A stretch of DNA of 64,000 bases from Nitrospirota bacterium (GTDB lineage Bacteria; Nitrospirota; Thermodesulfovibrionia; Thermodesulfovibrionales; Dissulfurispiraceae), in contig JBFLWF010000002.1 of the NCBI GenBank assembly GCA_040758355.1, forward strand, positions 1-64,000, written 5' to 3'. The first letter of the stretch is position 1, and each line of letters starts with the position of its first letter. Of this stretch, positions 17,631-28,832 are shown one piece after another. The translations under genes were made by a program, and so were the position numbers. The notes under the pieces were generated by a model. It did not search any database. It was not told the DNA's origin and saw nothing but the letters and a program-made list of their open reading frames with translations.

Positions 17631-20387
17631 TTAATAATATTCCTTTAAGTATTGTCCGGTGTATGAACCTTCTGCCCTTTTCAATTCTTCAGTGGTGCCC
17701 TCGAATATTATATTCCCGCCTTTATCGCCACCCTCGGGTCCAAGGTCTATAACCCAGTCAGCCTGACTTATCACATCGAGATTGTGCTCGATGATGACCA
17801 CTGTGTTCCCGGATTCAATTAGCTTTCTTATAATCTTCATGAACTTCAAAACGTCATTGTGATGTAGACCTACGGTCGGCTCATCGAGTATGTAAAGCGT
17901 ATTTTTTGTCCTTCTTTCGCCCAATTCTGCACATATCTTCAATCTCTGTGCCTCTCCACCTGAAAGGGTTGTGGCAGGCTGTCCGAGTCTGAGATAGCCG
18001 AGACCGATGTCTTTCATTAATGCGAGTTTTGAACCTATTTCGGATACTCCTGAAAAGAAGTCGAATGCCTCGTCCACTGTCATCTCGAGTATATCGCTTA
18101 TATTTTTGCCTTTATAGGTGACCCTTAGCGCCTCTTCTTTGTATCTCCTTCCTTTGCAATCCTCGCACCTCACAAATATATCCTCAAAAAAATACATCTC
18201 CATTTTTTGATAACCTTCTCCCTTGCATGTCTCGCATCTCCCGCCAGGGATATTGAACGAGAAAAAGCCGGGGGCATAACCGTGTGCCCTTGCCTCCATC
18301 TGCTGCGCAAAAAGCTTTCTAATGGGATCGAATATCTTGAGGTATGTCAATGGATTCGATCTCGGGGTCTTACCGATGGGGGTCTGGTCGATGAGCCTGA
18401 CCCCTTTGATCTTTTTGAGTCCGTCGATGCTTTTGTATGGCAGCGGATGCTCAGGCTCAATCCTGAAATGTCTTGCCATGGCAAGGTACAGGGTCTCGAC
18501 AATGAGACTGCTCTTTCCCGAGCCTGATACCCCTGTGACAACAGTGAGGGTTTCGAGGGGAATTTTCAGGGTTACATTTTTGAGGTTGTTTCCTGACGCA
18601 CCATGCACTGTTAAATAATCAATAGTTCTCGGTCTGAAATCTTTAGTTTTATGTTTCATGGCTGCTGCCTGTTGATTGGCGATGCCCTTTATATATTTAG
18701 CAGTAAGAGTATCGGTTTTTAAAAATTCTTCCATCTGTCCCGAAAACACGATCTCTCCTCCGAGGTGTCCTCCTCCAGGTCCCATCTCCACAACCCAGTC
18801 GCTAAGAGATATAATGTCCCTGTCGTGCTCCACAACGATTATGGTGTTGCCGAGGGAAGACAGCTCCCGCATTATTTCCGCAATCCTCCTCGTATCCCTC
18901 GGGTGAAGCCCGATGGTCGGCTCGTCAAGGACATAGAGGGTCCCTGTAAGTGCAGACGCCAACTGGTTGGATAGATTTACCCTCTGGTATTCACCGCCTG
19001 ACAGGGTCTTTGCCTGTCTGCTCAGCGTGAGATAATCAAGGCCAACCCTTTCAAGGAACTTGAGCTTTATGATAATCTGCCTCACAGCCTCTTTCGAAAT
19101 TTCCTTTTGCATGGGCGATAGTTGAAGTGTCTTAAACCATTGTAGAATTCTGGATACAGGCATATTGGAGAGTTCGGCTATGTCGATGCCGTCTATCCTG
19201 TATGCGAGGGCATTTTCGCAGAGCCTTCTGCCCTTGCATTTCGGACATGTTACCGGACTTCTGTATCTGCTCAGAAATACCCTCACATGGAGCTTGTATC
19301 TCTTGCTCTCCAGTTCTTCAAAGAAGTCATTGATGCCGTAAAAGTGCTGGTTCCCCCTGAAGATAGCGTCCTTTTCTTCCTTTGTCAGTTCGCTGTAGGG
19401 CTTGTTTATATCTATGCCGCTTTTTTTGGCCCCTTTTATCATCTGGTCTTTCCACCATCTGGCTACAGGCTTTTCCCACATTTCGATGGCGCCTTCAGAC
19501 AGAGATACATATTTGTCCGGCACCATAATATCCTCGTCATAAATGAGGACATTTCCGAACCCCTTGCATTCAGGACATGCGCATACAGGATGGTTGAACG
19601 AAAAGAGGATTGGAGTCGGCTCAGGCAGTTCTATGTTGCAGTCATCGCAGGAATTTTTAGAAGAAAAATTTAATGCCTCTTTACCTGTTTCTTTAAATAT
19701 GACTATTTTCAGCCTCTCTTTACCCTCTTTCCATGCCATCTCTATGGAGTCAGACAAACGCGGCTCGTCTCTTATAACAAGCCGATCAAGGACGACATTA
19801 TAAGGAGGCTGAAGGCTGAAGGCTGAAGGCTGAAGGCTGAAATCCGGAATATCTTTAATCTCGTCATCATGCCATATCCTGTAAAACCCCCTCTGTTTGA
19901 GGCCTTCCATGGATTCCCCCGTCTCGAATAAGATAACCGCTTTTCCATCCCGATATTTTTCCAAAAGCTCAGAGACTATCTGTGACGGGTCCCATTTCCT
20001 TATCTCTTTGCCGCAATTTGGACAGTGGGGAATGGCGACTCTCGAATATAAAACCCTTAACAGATCATAAATCTCTGTTAATGTCCCGACAGTGGAACGG
20101 GAGCCTTTTACAGGGTTTTTCTGTTCGAGGGCAATGGCAGGTCTGATATTATGGATTGCATCAACATCGGGCCTGTCGAGTTTTTCAAGGAAAAGACGTG
20201 CATAGGTTGACAGCGATTCTATGAATCTCCACTGGCCTTCAGCAAAGATGGTGTCAAATGCAAGGGAAGATTTTCCAGAGCCCGAAACACCAGTGATTGC
20301 AATGACTTTGTTGTGCGGCAGCCTGAGGGAGATGTTTTTGAGGTTATTCTGTCGAGCTCCTTCGATTATTAATTCACGGTTTGACAT
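17631..20387 (-). CDS. uvrA: Excinuclease ABC subunit A
   Basis: Two ABC ATPase domains (GVSGSGKSS x2, LSGGE, LDEPT), Zn fingers. Confidence 0.95.
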   Translation of the reverse strand: MSNRELIIEGARQNNLKNISLRLPHNKVIAITGVSGSGKSSLAFDTIFAEGQWRFIESLSTYARLFLEKLDRPDVDAIHNIRPAIALEQKNPVKGSRSTVGTLTEIYDLLRVLYSRVAIPHCPNCGKEIRKWDPSQIVSELLEKYRDGKAVILFETGESMEGLKQRGFYRIWHDDEIKDIPDFSLQPSAFSLQPPYNVVLDRLVIRDEPRLSDSIEMAWKEGKERLKIVIFKETGKEALNFSSKNSCDDCNIELPEPTPILFSFNHPVCACPECKGFGNVLIYDEDIMVPDKYVSLSEGAIEMWEKPVARWWKDQMIKGAKKSGIDINKPYSELTKEEKDAIFRGNQHFYGINDFFEELESKRYKLHVRVFLSRYRSPVTCPKCKGRRLCENALAYRIDGIDIAELSNMPVSRILQWFKTLQLSPMQKEISKEAVRQIIIKLKFLERVGLDYLTLSRQAKTLSGGEYQRVNLSNQLASALTGTLYVLDEPTIGLHPRDTRRIAEIMRELSSLGNTIIVVEHDRDIISLSDWVVEMGPGGGHLGGEIVFSGQMEEFLKTDTLTAKYIKGIANQQAAAMKHKTKDFRPRTIDYLTVHGASGNNLKNVTLKIPLETLTVVTGVSGSGKSSLIVETLYLAMARHFRIEPEHPLPYKSIDGLKKIKGVRLIDQTPIGKTPRSNPLTYLKIFDPIRKLFAQQMEARAHGYAPGFFSFNIPGGRCETCKGEGYQKMEMYFFEDIFVRCEDCKGRRYKEEALRVTYKGKNISDILEMTVDEAFDFFSGVSEIGSKLALMKDIGLGYLRLGQPATTLSGGEAQRLKICAELGERRTKNTLYILDEPTVGLHHNDVLKFMKIIRKLIESGNTVVIIEHNLDVISQADWVIDLGPEGGDKGGNIIFEGTTEELKRAEGSYTGQYLKEYY
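19806..19840. repeat. Perfect (AGGCTGA)x5, in frame inside uvrA
   Basis: aggctgaaggctgaaggctgaaggctgaaggctga; peptide [12 protein letters not shown]. Confidence 0.95.
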
Positions 20388-20430
20388 CCAAATATTTTAA
20401 CATTTTAGCATCTTTGTTTTATAATGATAA

Positions 20431-21618
20431 ATGCTCGATTCCATAAGGAATAAAGTCCTTTCAGGACAGAGGCTGACAAAGGAAGATGCCATTGCATTAT
20501 TTCAAAGCGATGACATCTTCGACATTGGCAGGCTTGCATCCCATGTAGCAGAAAAGAAGAACGGTAAAAATGCATATTTCATAGTAAACAGGCATATCAA
20601 TCCAACCAATATCTGTGTCAACAGGTGTAAATTCTGCGCCTTCAGCCGCTCAAAGGGCGAAGAGGGCGCTTATGAATTGACAGTTGAAGAGATTATAAAA
20701 AAACTTAAGCCATCAGCCATCAGCCATCAGCCATTTTCAGAAGTCCACATTGTTGGAGGACTTCATCCTGACTGGCCATTTGAATATTACATTAACATGC
20801 TTTTAACAATAAAAAAGGAATTCCCATTCATTGCTGTTAAGGCATTTACAGCAGTCGAGATTGATTATATGTCGAAAATCAGTGGTCTGAGTCTTGAAGT
20901 TACTTTATTGAAACTTAAGAAGAGCGGCCTTGATCTCATGCCGGGCGGCGGCGCAGAGATATTCGCAAAAGGCATAAGAAACAAGCTCTGTCCCGAAAAG
21001 ATCTCCGGTGACAGATGGCTTAAGGTAATGGAGATTGCACACAGGGTTGGAATAAAGACTAATGCAACAATGCTTTACGGCCATCTCGAAGGCATCGGGG
21101 ACAGAATTGACCATCTCTTGAAGCTCAGGAACTTGCAGGACAGGACAGGAGGCTTTCAGGCATTTATCCCTCTTGCATATCATCCGAAAAATACAGAAAT
21201 AGGCGGATTTTATTCTTCGGGAATAGATGACTTAAAGACCATTGCAGTAAGCAGGCTTGTGCTCGACAACTTCGATCATATCAAGGCTTACTGGATAATG
21301 CTTGGCGAAAAGGTCTCTCAGGTTGCCCTTTTATTTGGTGCAGACGACATTGACGGGACAATCATAGAGGAAAAGATAACACACTCCGCAGGTGCAATGT
21401 CAGAAGAGGGAATGACGAGGGAAGAGTTGATACATCTTATAAAAAAGGCAGGTAATATCCCTGTGCAAAGGGATGCGTTTTATAATGCGATAGGAAATAA
21501 AAATCTTATAAAATCATACGAAGAAGGTTACATAAAGCATCCTGAAAAACGATCCGAGATTAAGGCTATCGAAAAAGCCTCTGTTAAAAGATTAGGCGAG
21601 GAAGATTGGGATTTATAA
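20431..21618 (+). CDS. mqnE: Aminofutalosine synthase (radical SAM, CofH-like) with a foreign C-terminal extension
   Basis: NRHINPTNICVNRCKFCAF, HIVGGLHP, NATMLYGH, HIKAYWIMLG; 7-nt array (CAGCCAT) at 20707-20734. Confidence 0.88.
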   Translation: MLDSIRNKVLSGQRLTKEDAIALFQSDDIFDIGRLASHVAEKKNGKNAYFIVNRHINPTNICVNRCKFCAFSRSKGEEGAYELTVEEIIKKLKPSAISHQPFSEVHIVGGLHPDWPFEYYINMLLTIKKEFPFIAVKAFTAVEIDYMSKISGLSLEVTLLKLKKSGLDLMPGGGAEIFAKGIRNKLCPEKISGDRWLKVMEIAHRVGIKTNATMLYGHLEGIGDRIDHLLKLRNLQDRTGGFQAFIPLAYHPKNTEIGGFYSSGIDDLKTIAVSRLVLDNFDHIKAYWIMLGEKVSQVALLFGADDIDGTIIEEKITHSAGAMSEEGMTREELIHLIKKAGNIPVQRDAFYNAIGNKNLIKSYEEGYIKHPEKRSEIKAIEKASVKRLGEEDWDL

Positions 21619-21686
21619 AGAGAAGTTAAAGAATGCTCGTTTTTGTGTCAAATGTATTACAATGTCCATTAGGAGAAAAGGAAAAG

Positions 21687-21797
21687 ATGCGTAAAAAAAT
21701 AGAAGCCGCTTACTGCGAGGCAGCAAAAGAGGATTACGAAACCTATCAGGAATGGGAAGACACGCTAAAGGACGGAATAGAAGATGATATTGCGTGA
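21687..21797 (+). pseudogene. 36-aa ORF resembling the C-terminal half of a CopG/MazE-type antitoxin
   Basis: MRKKIEAAYCEAAKEDYETYQEWEDTLKDGIEDDIA; AGGAGA upstream; no DNA-binding N-terminus or toxin gene. Confidence 0.45.
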
Positions 21798-21808
21798 TGC
21801 TATAAATT

Positions 21809-23713
21809 ATGCCTGAATCATTAATTGAACAACTGCCGAGGATTGTTTCCGAGGGCAAGAAAGAAGTAGAGCGGATACTTGAAAGGCTGTCTGGGCATAA
21901 CAGGCTGACCTTGCAGACCAACGAATATGTTCTTCCCTCTAAAGACAAGACTGGTCTTTATCGTGGGCAGTTAAAGCAGATTACAGAGCAGGAATGGCAT
22001 AACAGGCTTATCTACGGCGACAATCTGCTTGTGATGCAGGCGCTGCTTACAGGCGACCCCGAAACTGGCTTGCCTTCCATGCGCGGCAAGATTGACCTGA
22101 TTTACATAGACCCGCCATTTGACAGCAAAGCGGATTACAGGACGAAGATCACCCTGCCGGGCGCAACCATTGAGCAAAAGCCTACAGTCCTTGAACAATT
22201 CGCCTATTCAGACACATGGAAGGACGGCACTGTCAGCTATTTGCAGATGATATATCCGCGCCTCGTGCTGATGCGTGAACTCCTGAGCGAACAGGGCAGC
22301 ATCTATGTCCATCTCGACTGGCATGTGGGGCACTATGTGAAGGTGCTGATGGATGAGGTGTTTGGGAAAGATCGTTTGGTTAATGAAATAATTTGGCACT
22401 ATCGCAGGTGGAGTAATGTATCCGATACTTTTCAAAAAATGCACGACACCCTCTTTCTCTACTCGAAATTGCCAAACTACCATATACAAATACCGTTTCA
22501 GGATTATGCAAATCCAGACTGGATTGAAGACACAGTGCGAGGAGTAGTTGACGGAAAACTCGTGAGGCTAAAAGATGAATCTGGAAATTACATCAAACGT
22601 GAGAAAGAAAATAAAGGTGTTCCCATGCATGACGTATGGGAAGATATAAATTTTGTTGCGCCAACGGCAGCAGAGAGAACTGATTATGGAACTCAAAAGC
22701 CAGAAAAGTTACTAAAACGAATTATTGAAGCGTCATGTCCAGAGAATGGAATTGTCGCCGATTTCTTCATGGGCTCCGGCACTACCGGCGCGGTAGCCGA
22801 GCGGCTTGGCAGGCGATGGATAATGTCCGACATAGGCAAGCCTGCAATCATGATCACCCGCAAGCGGTTGATAGATCAGGAGGCAAAGCCATTCCTTTAT
22901 CAGTCCATCGGAGATTATCAGAAAGAGGCATTTGCCTCAAGCCGCATGTTCAGGCGCATAGGCGACCTATCGCAGGTGGTTGTCAACCTCTACGGAGCAT
23001 TGCCTTTTCCTGAAGAGCAGAATCCTAACCGCAATCTTGGCTACATAAAAGATTCGCGGACGCTTGTTATGGTGGATTCGCCTTCAAAGCTCACAGGCTA
23101 TGCCACACTTAAAAAGGCACAGGAGTTAAGAGAGTCTTTCCTCGGCGGCTGGAACAAGGTCGTAGTCCTCGGCTGGAATTTTATCTTTGACATTGCAACC
23201 ATTATCAGAAGCCTCAATGACGATAAGCTTGAAGTCCTCGTTATCCCTCCAGACCTGCTGGATAAGCTCAAGACCAAATCAAGCTATGAGAGCCTTTTGA
23301 AGAGCGGAAAGATTCGTTTTTCATCACTTCAATATCTTTCAATCAAAAAGCCTGTGGTCAAAAGTTACTCATCCGATGTTGACGAGATAACGGTTGAACT
23401 TGACAACTACATCTTGCTTTCACCTGATGCCCTGCCGCTTGATGAGGCAAACAAGGAAAAGCTTCAAAACATCATTGCAAAAGACCCGCTTGCCCTTATT
23501 GAATACTGGAGCATTGACCCCGACTATGATGGAGATACCTTCCGCAGCAAGTGGCAGGACTACCGAGGCAATGTTGAAAACGACGCTGACCCTCACAGGG
23601 TTGTAAAGACCGCAACCTTCTTCGTTCCGGCAGTCAACGGCAAACGCAAAATCTGCGTAAAGGCCGTTGATGTCTTCGGTTTTGAGAGTGTGGTAGTGGA
23701 GGAGGTGGGGTGA
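21809..23713 (+). CDS. Type III-like RM methyltransferase (Mod, beta-class N6/N4 MTase)
   Basis: [14 protein letters not shown] (motif IV) before DFFMGSGTT (motif I); TQKPEKLL. Confidence 0.9.
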   Translation: MPESLIEQLPRIVSEGKKEVERILERLSGHNRLTLQTNEYVLPSKDKTGLYRGQLKQITEQEWHNRLIYGDNLLVMQALLTGDPETGLPSMRGKIDLIYIDPPFDSKADYRTKITLPGATIEQKPTVLEQFAYSDTWKDGTVSYLQMIYPRLVLMRELLSEQGSIYVHLDWHVGHYVKVLMDEVFGKDRLVNEIIWHYRRWSNVSDTFQKMHDTLFLYSKLPNYHIQIPFQDYANPDWIEDTVRGVVDGKLVRLKDESGNYIKREKENKGVPMHDVWEDINFVAPTAAERTDYGTQKPEKLLKRIIEASCPENGIVADFFMGSGTTGAVAERLGRRWIMSDIGKPAIMITRKRLIDQEAKPFLYQSIGDYQKEAFASSRMFRRIGDLSQVVVNLYGALPFPEEQNPNRNLGYIKDSRTLVMVDSPSKLTGYATLKKAQELRESFLGGWNKVVVLGWNFIFDIATIIRSLNDDKLEVLVIPPDLLDKLKTKSSYESLLKSGKIRFSSLQYLSIKKPVVKSYSSDVDEITVELDNYILLSPDALPLDEANKEKLQNIIAKDPLALIEYWSIDPDYDGDTFRSKWQDYRGNVENDADPHRVVKTATFFVPAVNGKRKICVKAVDVFGFESVVVEEVG

Positions 23714-24894
23714 TGGGGCAGACAAAGAATTTTTTCAAAGAGAAAAGATCGTGGTCTATCGTTAAAGACAGGGTTCTTGATTACTACCTAAAACCTTATA
23801 TATCAAAGGTGATCAGAACTGGCAAGCCGATTATCATTTGCGATTGCTTTGCAGGAAAGGGAAAATTTGATGATGGCGAAAATGGCTCTCCGCTGTTAAT
23901 CGCCGAGCAAATAAAAAGCTATTTAGTGAGACAGCCTGACATTGACAATAAAATTCAAGGTGTCTTTATAGAAAAGAAATATCATGATGAACTAAAAACT
24001 AGCCTTTCAGGTTATGCAAATGTAACGGTTTATTCTGGTAGTTATGAAGATAATCTGAAAGAAATTCTGGCATTTGATAACAATAATAATCTTTTTATTT
24101 ACATTGACCCGTATGGTATTAAAAGCCTTGACCTATCCAGCTTTGCTCAGATTAAAAACAGAGGCTTCAATTCAGTAGAAATGCTTATGAATTTCAATTC
24201 TGCAGGTTTTTTGCGAGAAGGCTGTCGCCTGCTGACATACGAAGATGCGTTTAAAGACGAGGATTTAACGGATTATGAAATTGACGATGATATAAACACA
24301 AAAGAAAAGATGAACTCTATTGCCGGCGGGGATTACTGGCAGGAAATTCTCAAGATTTATTATAACGGTCAAATTAATATCTATACTGCTGAAGAACAGT
24401 TTTTTGCGGAATATAGCAAGAGAGTGAATCAGATTTTTAAATACACAGTAAATATTCCGATAAAACTCAAATCAACTAATCTTCCCAAATATCGGCTTAT
24501 CTTCGGATCAAACCATGAAGACGGTCTTATTCTCATGGCAGATAACATGAATAAAAAATGGAATGAAATTGTAGAAATCCAAAGAAGAGGGCAGCAGGCT
24601 CTTTTTGAATACGAATTTCCTGACATGACTCGGCAGCAGGGTTTTGATTTGCAGAATGATATCCTGAGATTGGTTTCAGCAAAGAGTGAAGGCATTTTGC
24701 TAAAAAACTTGATAGTCGTCCTTATTCAAAAATATGGCATATCCTTTCCTGTGAAACATTACAATGATAAAATTGTTGAAATGGAGAAAAAAGGAATAGT
24801 GCGAATTGAAAGATACCCGCCTGTAACAAAGACAAGCAAGCCTGTAAGGTCTATGAACTATGACGACTATAAAATAACAGTGAGGATACGATGA
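23710..24894 (+). CDS. Three-Cys-motif partner protein (TcmP-like, Rossmann/MTase-like fold)
   Basis: K..VLDYYL, DCFAGKG, GSPL, FIE, YIDPYG motifs; adjacent to a three-Cys radical-SAM-like gene. Confidence 0.75.
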   Translation: MMGQTKNFFKEKRSWSIVKDRVLDYYLKPYISKVIRTGKPIIICDCFAGKGKFDDGENGSPLLIAEQIKSYLVRQPDIDNKIQGVFIEKKYHDELKTSLSGYANVTVYSGSYEDNLKEILAFDNNNNLFIYIDPYGIKSLDLSSFAQIKNRGFNSVEMLMNFNSAGFLREGCRLLTYEDAFKDEDLTDYEIDDDINTKEKMNSIAGGDYWQEILKIYYNGQINIYTAEEQFFAEYSKRVNQIFKYTVNIPIKLKSTNLPKYRLIFGSNHEDGLILMADNMNKKWNEIVEIQRRGQQALFEYEFPDMTRQQGFDLQNDILRLVSAKSEGILLKNLIVVLIQKYGISFPVKHYNDKIVEMEKKGIVRIERYPPVTKTSKPVRSMNYDDYKITVRIR

Positions 24895-25709
24895 CAAAGA
24901 GGAAGCTGTTGTCTATTCGCCGAAAAACTCTTCTTTACAAAACCGGCGTTGAATACGGCGATTATACAATCAATCATATTGAGGGCTGCTCGCATGGCTG
25001 TATGTATCCATGTTACGCAATGCTCATGGCACGGCGCTTTGGCAGAGTGAAAAGCTATGACGAATGGATTAAGCCTAAAATCGTTTCAAATGCCGCCGAA
25101 CTGCTGGCAAAGGAAATTCCGAAACATAAGGATAAAATAAAATTTGTCCACTTGTGTTTCAGCACCGATCCGTTTATGTATGGCTATGAAGAAATAGCGT
25201 CAATGAGCTTACGGCTTATCGAACTGCTTAATGAGGCTGGAATCAAATGCACTGCGCTTACAAAAGGTAATCTGCCTCTCAAGCTTGCAGAGTTCAGCAA
25301 AGATAATGAATATGGCATTACGCTTGTTTCGCTGAGTGAAGTTTTTAGAAAGGAATATGAGCCTTACGCTGCACCTTATGAGGAGCGAATAAGAAGCCTT
25401 TACGAGTTGCACAAGAAAGGCTTTAAGACTTGGGTGAGCATAGAACCATATCCGACTCCGAATATAGTAAAGCAGGATTTCGGCAAGATTCTTAAAGCGA
25501 TTTCATTCGCGGATAAAATCATTTTCGGACGATTGAACTATAACGCCGTTGCCTCTGAATATCATGACCACAAGGGTTTTTATAATTATCTAAGTAGGCA
25601 GGTCATAGAATTCTGTGAGAAGAAAAAGAAGGATTATCACATCAAGGACGGCACTATATCAGGGTGTGAGACAAAGACTGGAACCCGAGAAAAACGAATA
25701 TTATTCTAA
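24891..25709 (+). CDS. Radical SAM-like protein (SPL-like / DUF5131-related) with CX3CX3C motif
   Basis: GCSHGCMYPCYA, STDPF, LTK, WVSIEP. Confidence 0.75.
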   Translation: MTKRKLLSIRRKTLLYKTGVEYGDYTINHIEGCSHGCMYPCYAMLMARRFGRVKSYDEWIKPKIVSNAAELLAKEIPKHKDKIKFVHLCFSTDPFMYGYEEIASMSLRLIELLNEAGIKCTALTKGNLPLKLAEFSKDNEYGITLVSLSEVFRKEYEPYAAPYEERIRSLYELHKKGFKTWVSIEPYPTPNIVKQDFGKILKAISFADKIIFGRLNYNAVASEYHDHKGFYNYLSRQVIEFCEKKKKDYHIKDGTISGCETKTGTREKRILF

Positions 25710-25861
25710 AAGTCGTAACAATTTAGTTGACGGGTAGTTGTCTGGACAGACTATGTTTGAGGGCTGAAAATGAGAAAACTCTTTAAAATCAATGCAATAA
25801 GAATTAGTTTTTAGTTGACTGGTAGTTGATTGGAAATGCACGAACAAAAACAGGACATAAT

Positions 25862-28819
25862 ATGACCACACCCCTTAACACAGGCACACGGGAGATTCCC
25901 CTGATGTTTGCGGGCGAGCTTTCTGCGCTGGTAAACAGCGAATGGGAGAGCGGAAATTTCATCGGCAAGGTCTCGCCTGTAACGCAGGATCTGCTCAGGT
26001 TCTGGTTTTCAGAGCCGTTCTGCGACGCGCGCTCCATTAATTTCCATGAAGGACAGCGGCAGGCGATTTTAAACATAATTTATGTCCATGAGATTTTAAA
26101 ACCAGAGTCTGTTTTTGATATGTATTCAGTAGTAGAAAATCCCCCCTCTCCCCCCTTTGACAAAGGGGGGATGGGGGGATTTCTGGCTCAAATGGATTTG
26201 ACATATCTCAAAAAAGACAAATTCAGCCACCCGAAATACTGCGTTAAGATGGCTACAGGCACAGGCAAGACATGGGCGCTCAATGCGCTTTTGATATGGC
26301 AGTATTTGAACGCAAAATTAGAGGAGACGCTGGGCGGCTTGTATTCAAAAAGGTTTTTAATTGTTGCGCCGGGGTTGATAGTCTATGAGCGGCTGCTTGA
26401 CGCCTATCTCGGCAAGGAGTCAATAGGCGGTAAAAGGGATTTCAATACATCTGATTTCAAAAAATATGAGGAACTTTTTATACCCCCAGCCTATAAAGAG
26501 CTTATTTTCGGTTTTGTTCAGTCAAATGTGGTTTTAAAAAACGAGATAGGCAGAAAGATAACCGGCGACGGCATGATAGCCATTACAAACTGGCATTTGC
26601 TTGCAGGTGTTGATGATGAAGAAGCAGAGACAGAGGCATCGCCTCTTGAGAACCCATCTAATGCTGTAAAGGAGTTGCTGCCGATAACCCCCGGCACATC
26701 AGCCGGTCATTCCCTTGAAACGCTTGACAATCAATATTTAAGCGGAGGCGAGATAGAATATCTTTCAGGGCTTGAAAACATGGTGGTATTCAACGATGAG
26801 GCGCATCATATACATGAGACAAAAAAGGCCGGCATTGTCTCGGAAGTAGAATGGCAGAAGTCCCTCAATAAAATCGCCGAGGGCAAAGGCAGGCGGTTTA
26901 TTCAGATAGATTTTTCAGCAACGCCTTATGATGTTACCGGAAGCGGACAGAAGCGGACAAAACATTTCTTCCCTCATATTGTAGTTGATTTTGACCTCAA
27001 GACCGCTATTCATCAAGGGCTTGTTAAGACAATCACCCTTGATAAGCGCAAGGAAATAGCGGCTATGGAGCTTGATTTCAAGGCTGTTCGTGAGGGTAAC
27101 ACTGTTATAGGACTTTCCGACGGACAGAAGCTTATGCTCAGGGCAGGTTTGCAAAAGCTCAGGATATTGGAAGAACAATTTGTCGTTTTAACAAGAGATA
27201 AAGAAGGGATTTCCGACAAACATCCCAAGATGCTTGTTATATGCGAGGATACAAAGGTCTCGCCTTATGTAACGCAATTCCTTATTGACAGCGAAGGGCT
27301 TAATGAAGAAGATGTCGTGCAGATAGATTCGGACAAGAAAGGCTCTATCCCGGCAAAAGAATGGGACGGCGCTAAACAGCGTCTCTTTAATATTGACAGC
27401 CATGCGAGCCCCAAGGTTATAGTCTCTGTATTAATGCTCCGTGAGGGCTTTGATGTCAACAATATCTGCGTTATCGTCCCGCTTCGTTCATCGCAGGCGC
27501 CAATACTCCTTGAACAGATAATCGGCAGAGGGCTTCGCCTTATGTGGCGCGAGCCTGAATACCATGATGTAAAGACAGAAAATAGAATCAAGCTCCTTCA
27601 CAAAAAACAGGAGCCGTCCAATTATCTTGATATTCTAAGCATTGTAGAGCATCCGGCATTTATAGAGTTTTATGACGAACTGATTAGAGAGGGCGCTGTT
27701 GGCGAGGCTCATGAACTTCCTGAAAGCCGCGAGGGTATTTTAGGGGATATTATCAAGGTTGCTCTGAAGCGGGATTATCAGGATTACGACCTTTATTGGC
27801 CTGTTATTGTTCAAGATAAAGAAGAACTATTGCAGGTAATGGAACCATCGGCGCACTATTTTGCAGGGGTTGACTGGTATTCGCTGGATAAGCTCAAAGG
27901 CATGGCGGCTAAAGAGGAAGTCTTTGTGTCCGAGGAAATAACAGTCAAGACCAGATTTGGCGATTATAAGGTGACAGGCGACCTCTTTACTGCCAAGAGT
28001 TATAACGAACTTCTTTCAAAACTGGTCAAATCAATAACCAGCGCCTTTGTAAAAATCGGGCAGCGCAGTGTCAAAGATTATCCTGTAATGCAGATAAACA
28101 ATGCGGCATTGATCGGGCTGATTGACAACTTTATCCGCAACAGGTTGTTTAATCAGCCATTTGATCCGTTTGAAGGTAATAATTGGCGGGTGCTTTTGTT
28201 GTCTCAGGCAGGGATAACCCAGCATATTGTCAAAGAACTGAGCAAGATTATTTATGAAATGCAAAACAATATTGATGTGCAGGATGCTATAGTAATTAAA
28301 AAATACTTCTCAGAAGTTTCAGAGCTTAAAATGAGGGAGAATTATTCGCTTAATATAACTAAGACTATTTATGAAAGGCTGCCGTATCCTTCAAATAAGG
28401 GCGAACTTGAAAAGAATTTTATGCTCTTTTGCGACAGCGATTCAGAGGTTGACAGCTTCCTAAAGATAAATGAGCATTACCACGGCTTTGCCCATTTGAA
28501 CTATATCCGCACAGACGGCATGTTGTCGGTATATTATCCTGACTTTATCGTAAAGGCAGGCTCATCTGTTTATCTTGTTGAGACAAAGTCTGTAAAAGAT
28601 ATAAATGATCCGAATGTCAGGCAGAAAGAGCTTGCGGCGTTAGACTGGCTGAAGAAAATCAACGAATTGAATCCCGGTGGCCGCATGGATTCTGAGTGGA
28701 GCTATGTCCTGCTCGGAGAAAATACCTTTTACAGCATGAGAGACAAAGGCGCATCGGTTAAAGAGATTATGGAGTTTGCCAAATTAACAAAACAAAAAGT
28801 ATCAAAGACATTATTTTAG
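25862..28819 (+). CDS. Type III-like restriction subunit (SF2 helicase plus C-terminal PD-(D/E)XK nuclease)
   Basis: KMATGTGKT, NDEAHH, FSATP, LREGFDV, QIIGRGLR, YYPDFIV..LVETKS; start uncertain (25826-25903). Confidence 0.9.
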   Translation: MTTPLNTGTREIPLMFAGELSALVNSEWESGNFIGKVSPVTQDLLRFWFSEPFCDARSINFHEGQRQAILNIIYVHEILKPESVFDMYSVVENPPSPPFDKGGMGGFLAQMDLTYLKKDKFSHPKYCVKMATGTGKTWALNALLIWQYLNAKLEETLGGLYSKRFLIVAPGLIVYERLLDAYLGKESIGGKRDFNTSDFKKYEELFIPPAYKELIFGFVQSNVVLKNEIGRKITGDGMIAITNWHLLAGVDDEEAETEASPLENPSNAVKELLPITPGTSAGHSLETLDNQYLSGGEIEYLSGLENMVVFNDEAHHIHETKKAGIVSEVEWQKSLNKIAEGKGRRFIQIDFSATPYDVTGSGQKRTKHFFPHIVVDFDLKTAIHQGLVKTITLDKRKEIAAMELDFKAVREGNTVIGLSDGQKLMLRAGLQKLRILEEQFVVLTRDKEGISDKHPKMLVICEDTKVSPYVTQFLIDSEGLNEEDVVQIDSDKKGSIPAKEWDGAKQRLFNIDSHASPKVIVSVLMLREGFDVNNICVIVPLRSSQAPILLEQIIGRGLRLMWREPEYHDVKTENRIKLLHKKQEPSNYLDILSIVEHPAFIEFYDELIREGAVGEAHELPESREGILGDIIKVALKRDYQDYDLYWPVIVQDKEELLQVMEPSAHYFAGVDWYSLDKLKGMAAKEEVFVSEEITVKTRFGDYKVTGDLFTAKSYNELLSKLVKSITSAFVKIGQRSVKDYPVMQINNAALIGLIDNFIRNRLFNQPFDPFEGNNWRVLLLSQAGITQHIVKELSKIIYEMQNNIDVQDAIVIKKYFSEVSELKMRENYSLNITKTIYERLPYPSNKGELEKNFMLFCDSDSEVDSFLKINEHYHGFAHLNYIRTDGMLSVYYPDFIVKAGSSVYLVETKSVKDINDPNVRQKELAALDWLKKINELNPGGRMDSEWSYVLLGENTFYSMRDKGASVKEIMEFAKLTKQKVSKTLF
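26137..26182. repeat. REP-like GC-rich palindrome in frame within the Res gene
   Basis: aaatcccccctctcccccctttg-a-caaagggggg-at-ggggggattt; peptide NPPSPPFDKGGMGGF. Confidence 0.85.
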
Positions 28820-28832
28820 GAATAGGGGTGTT

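Noticed and set aside
18619..18670. Possible decayed heptamer array in the uvrA inter-domain linker ([14 protein letters not shown])
   Set aside because: Too degenerate to define a unit confidently.
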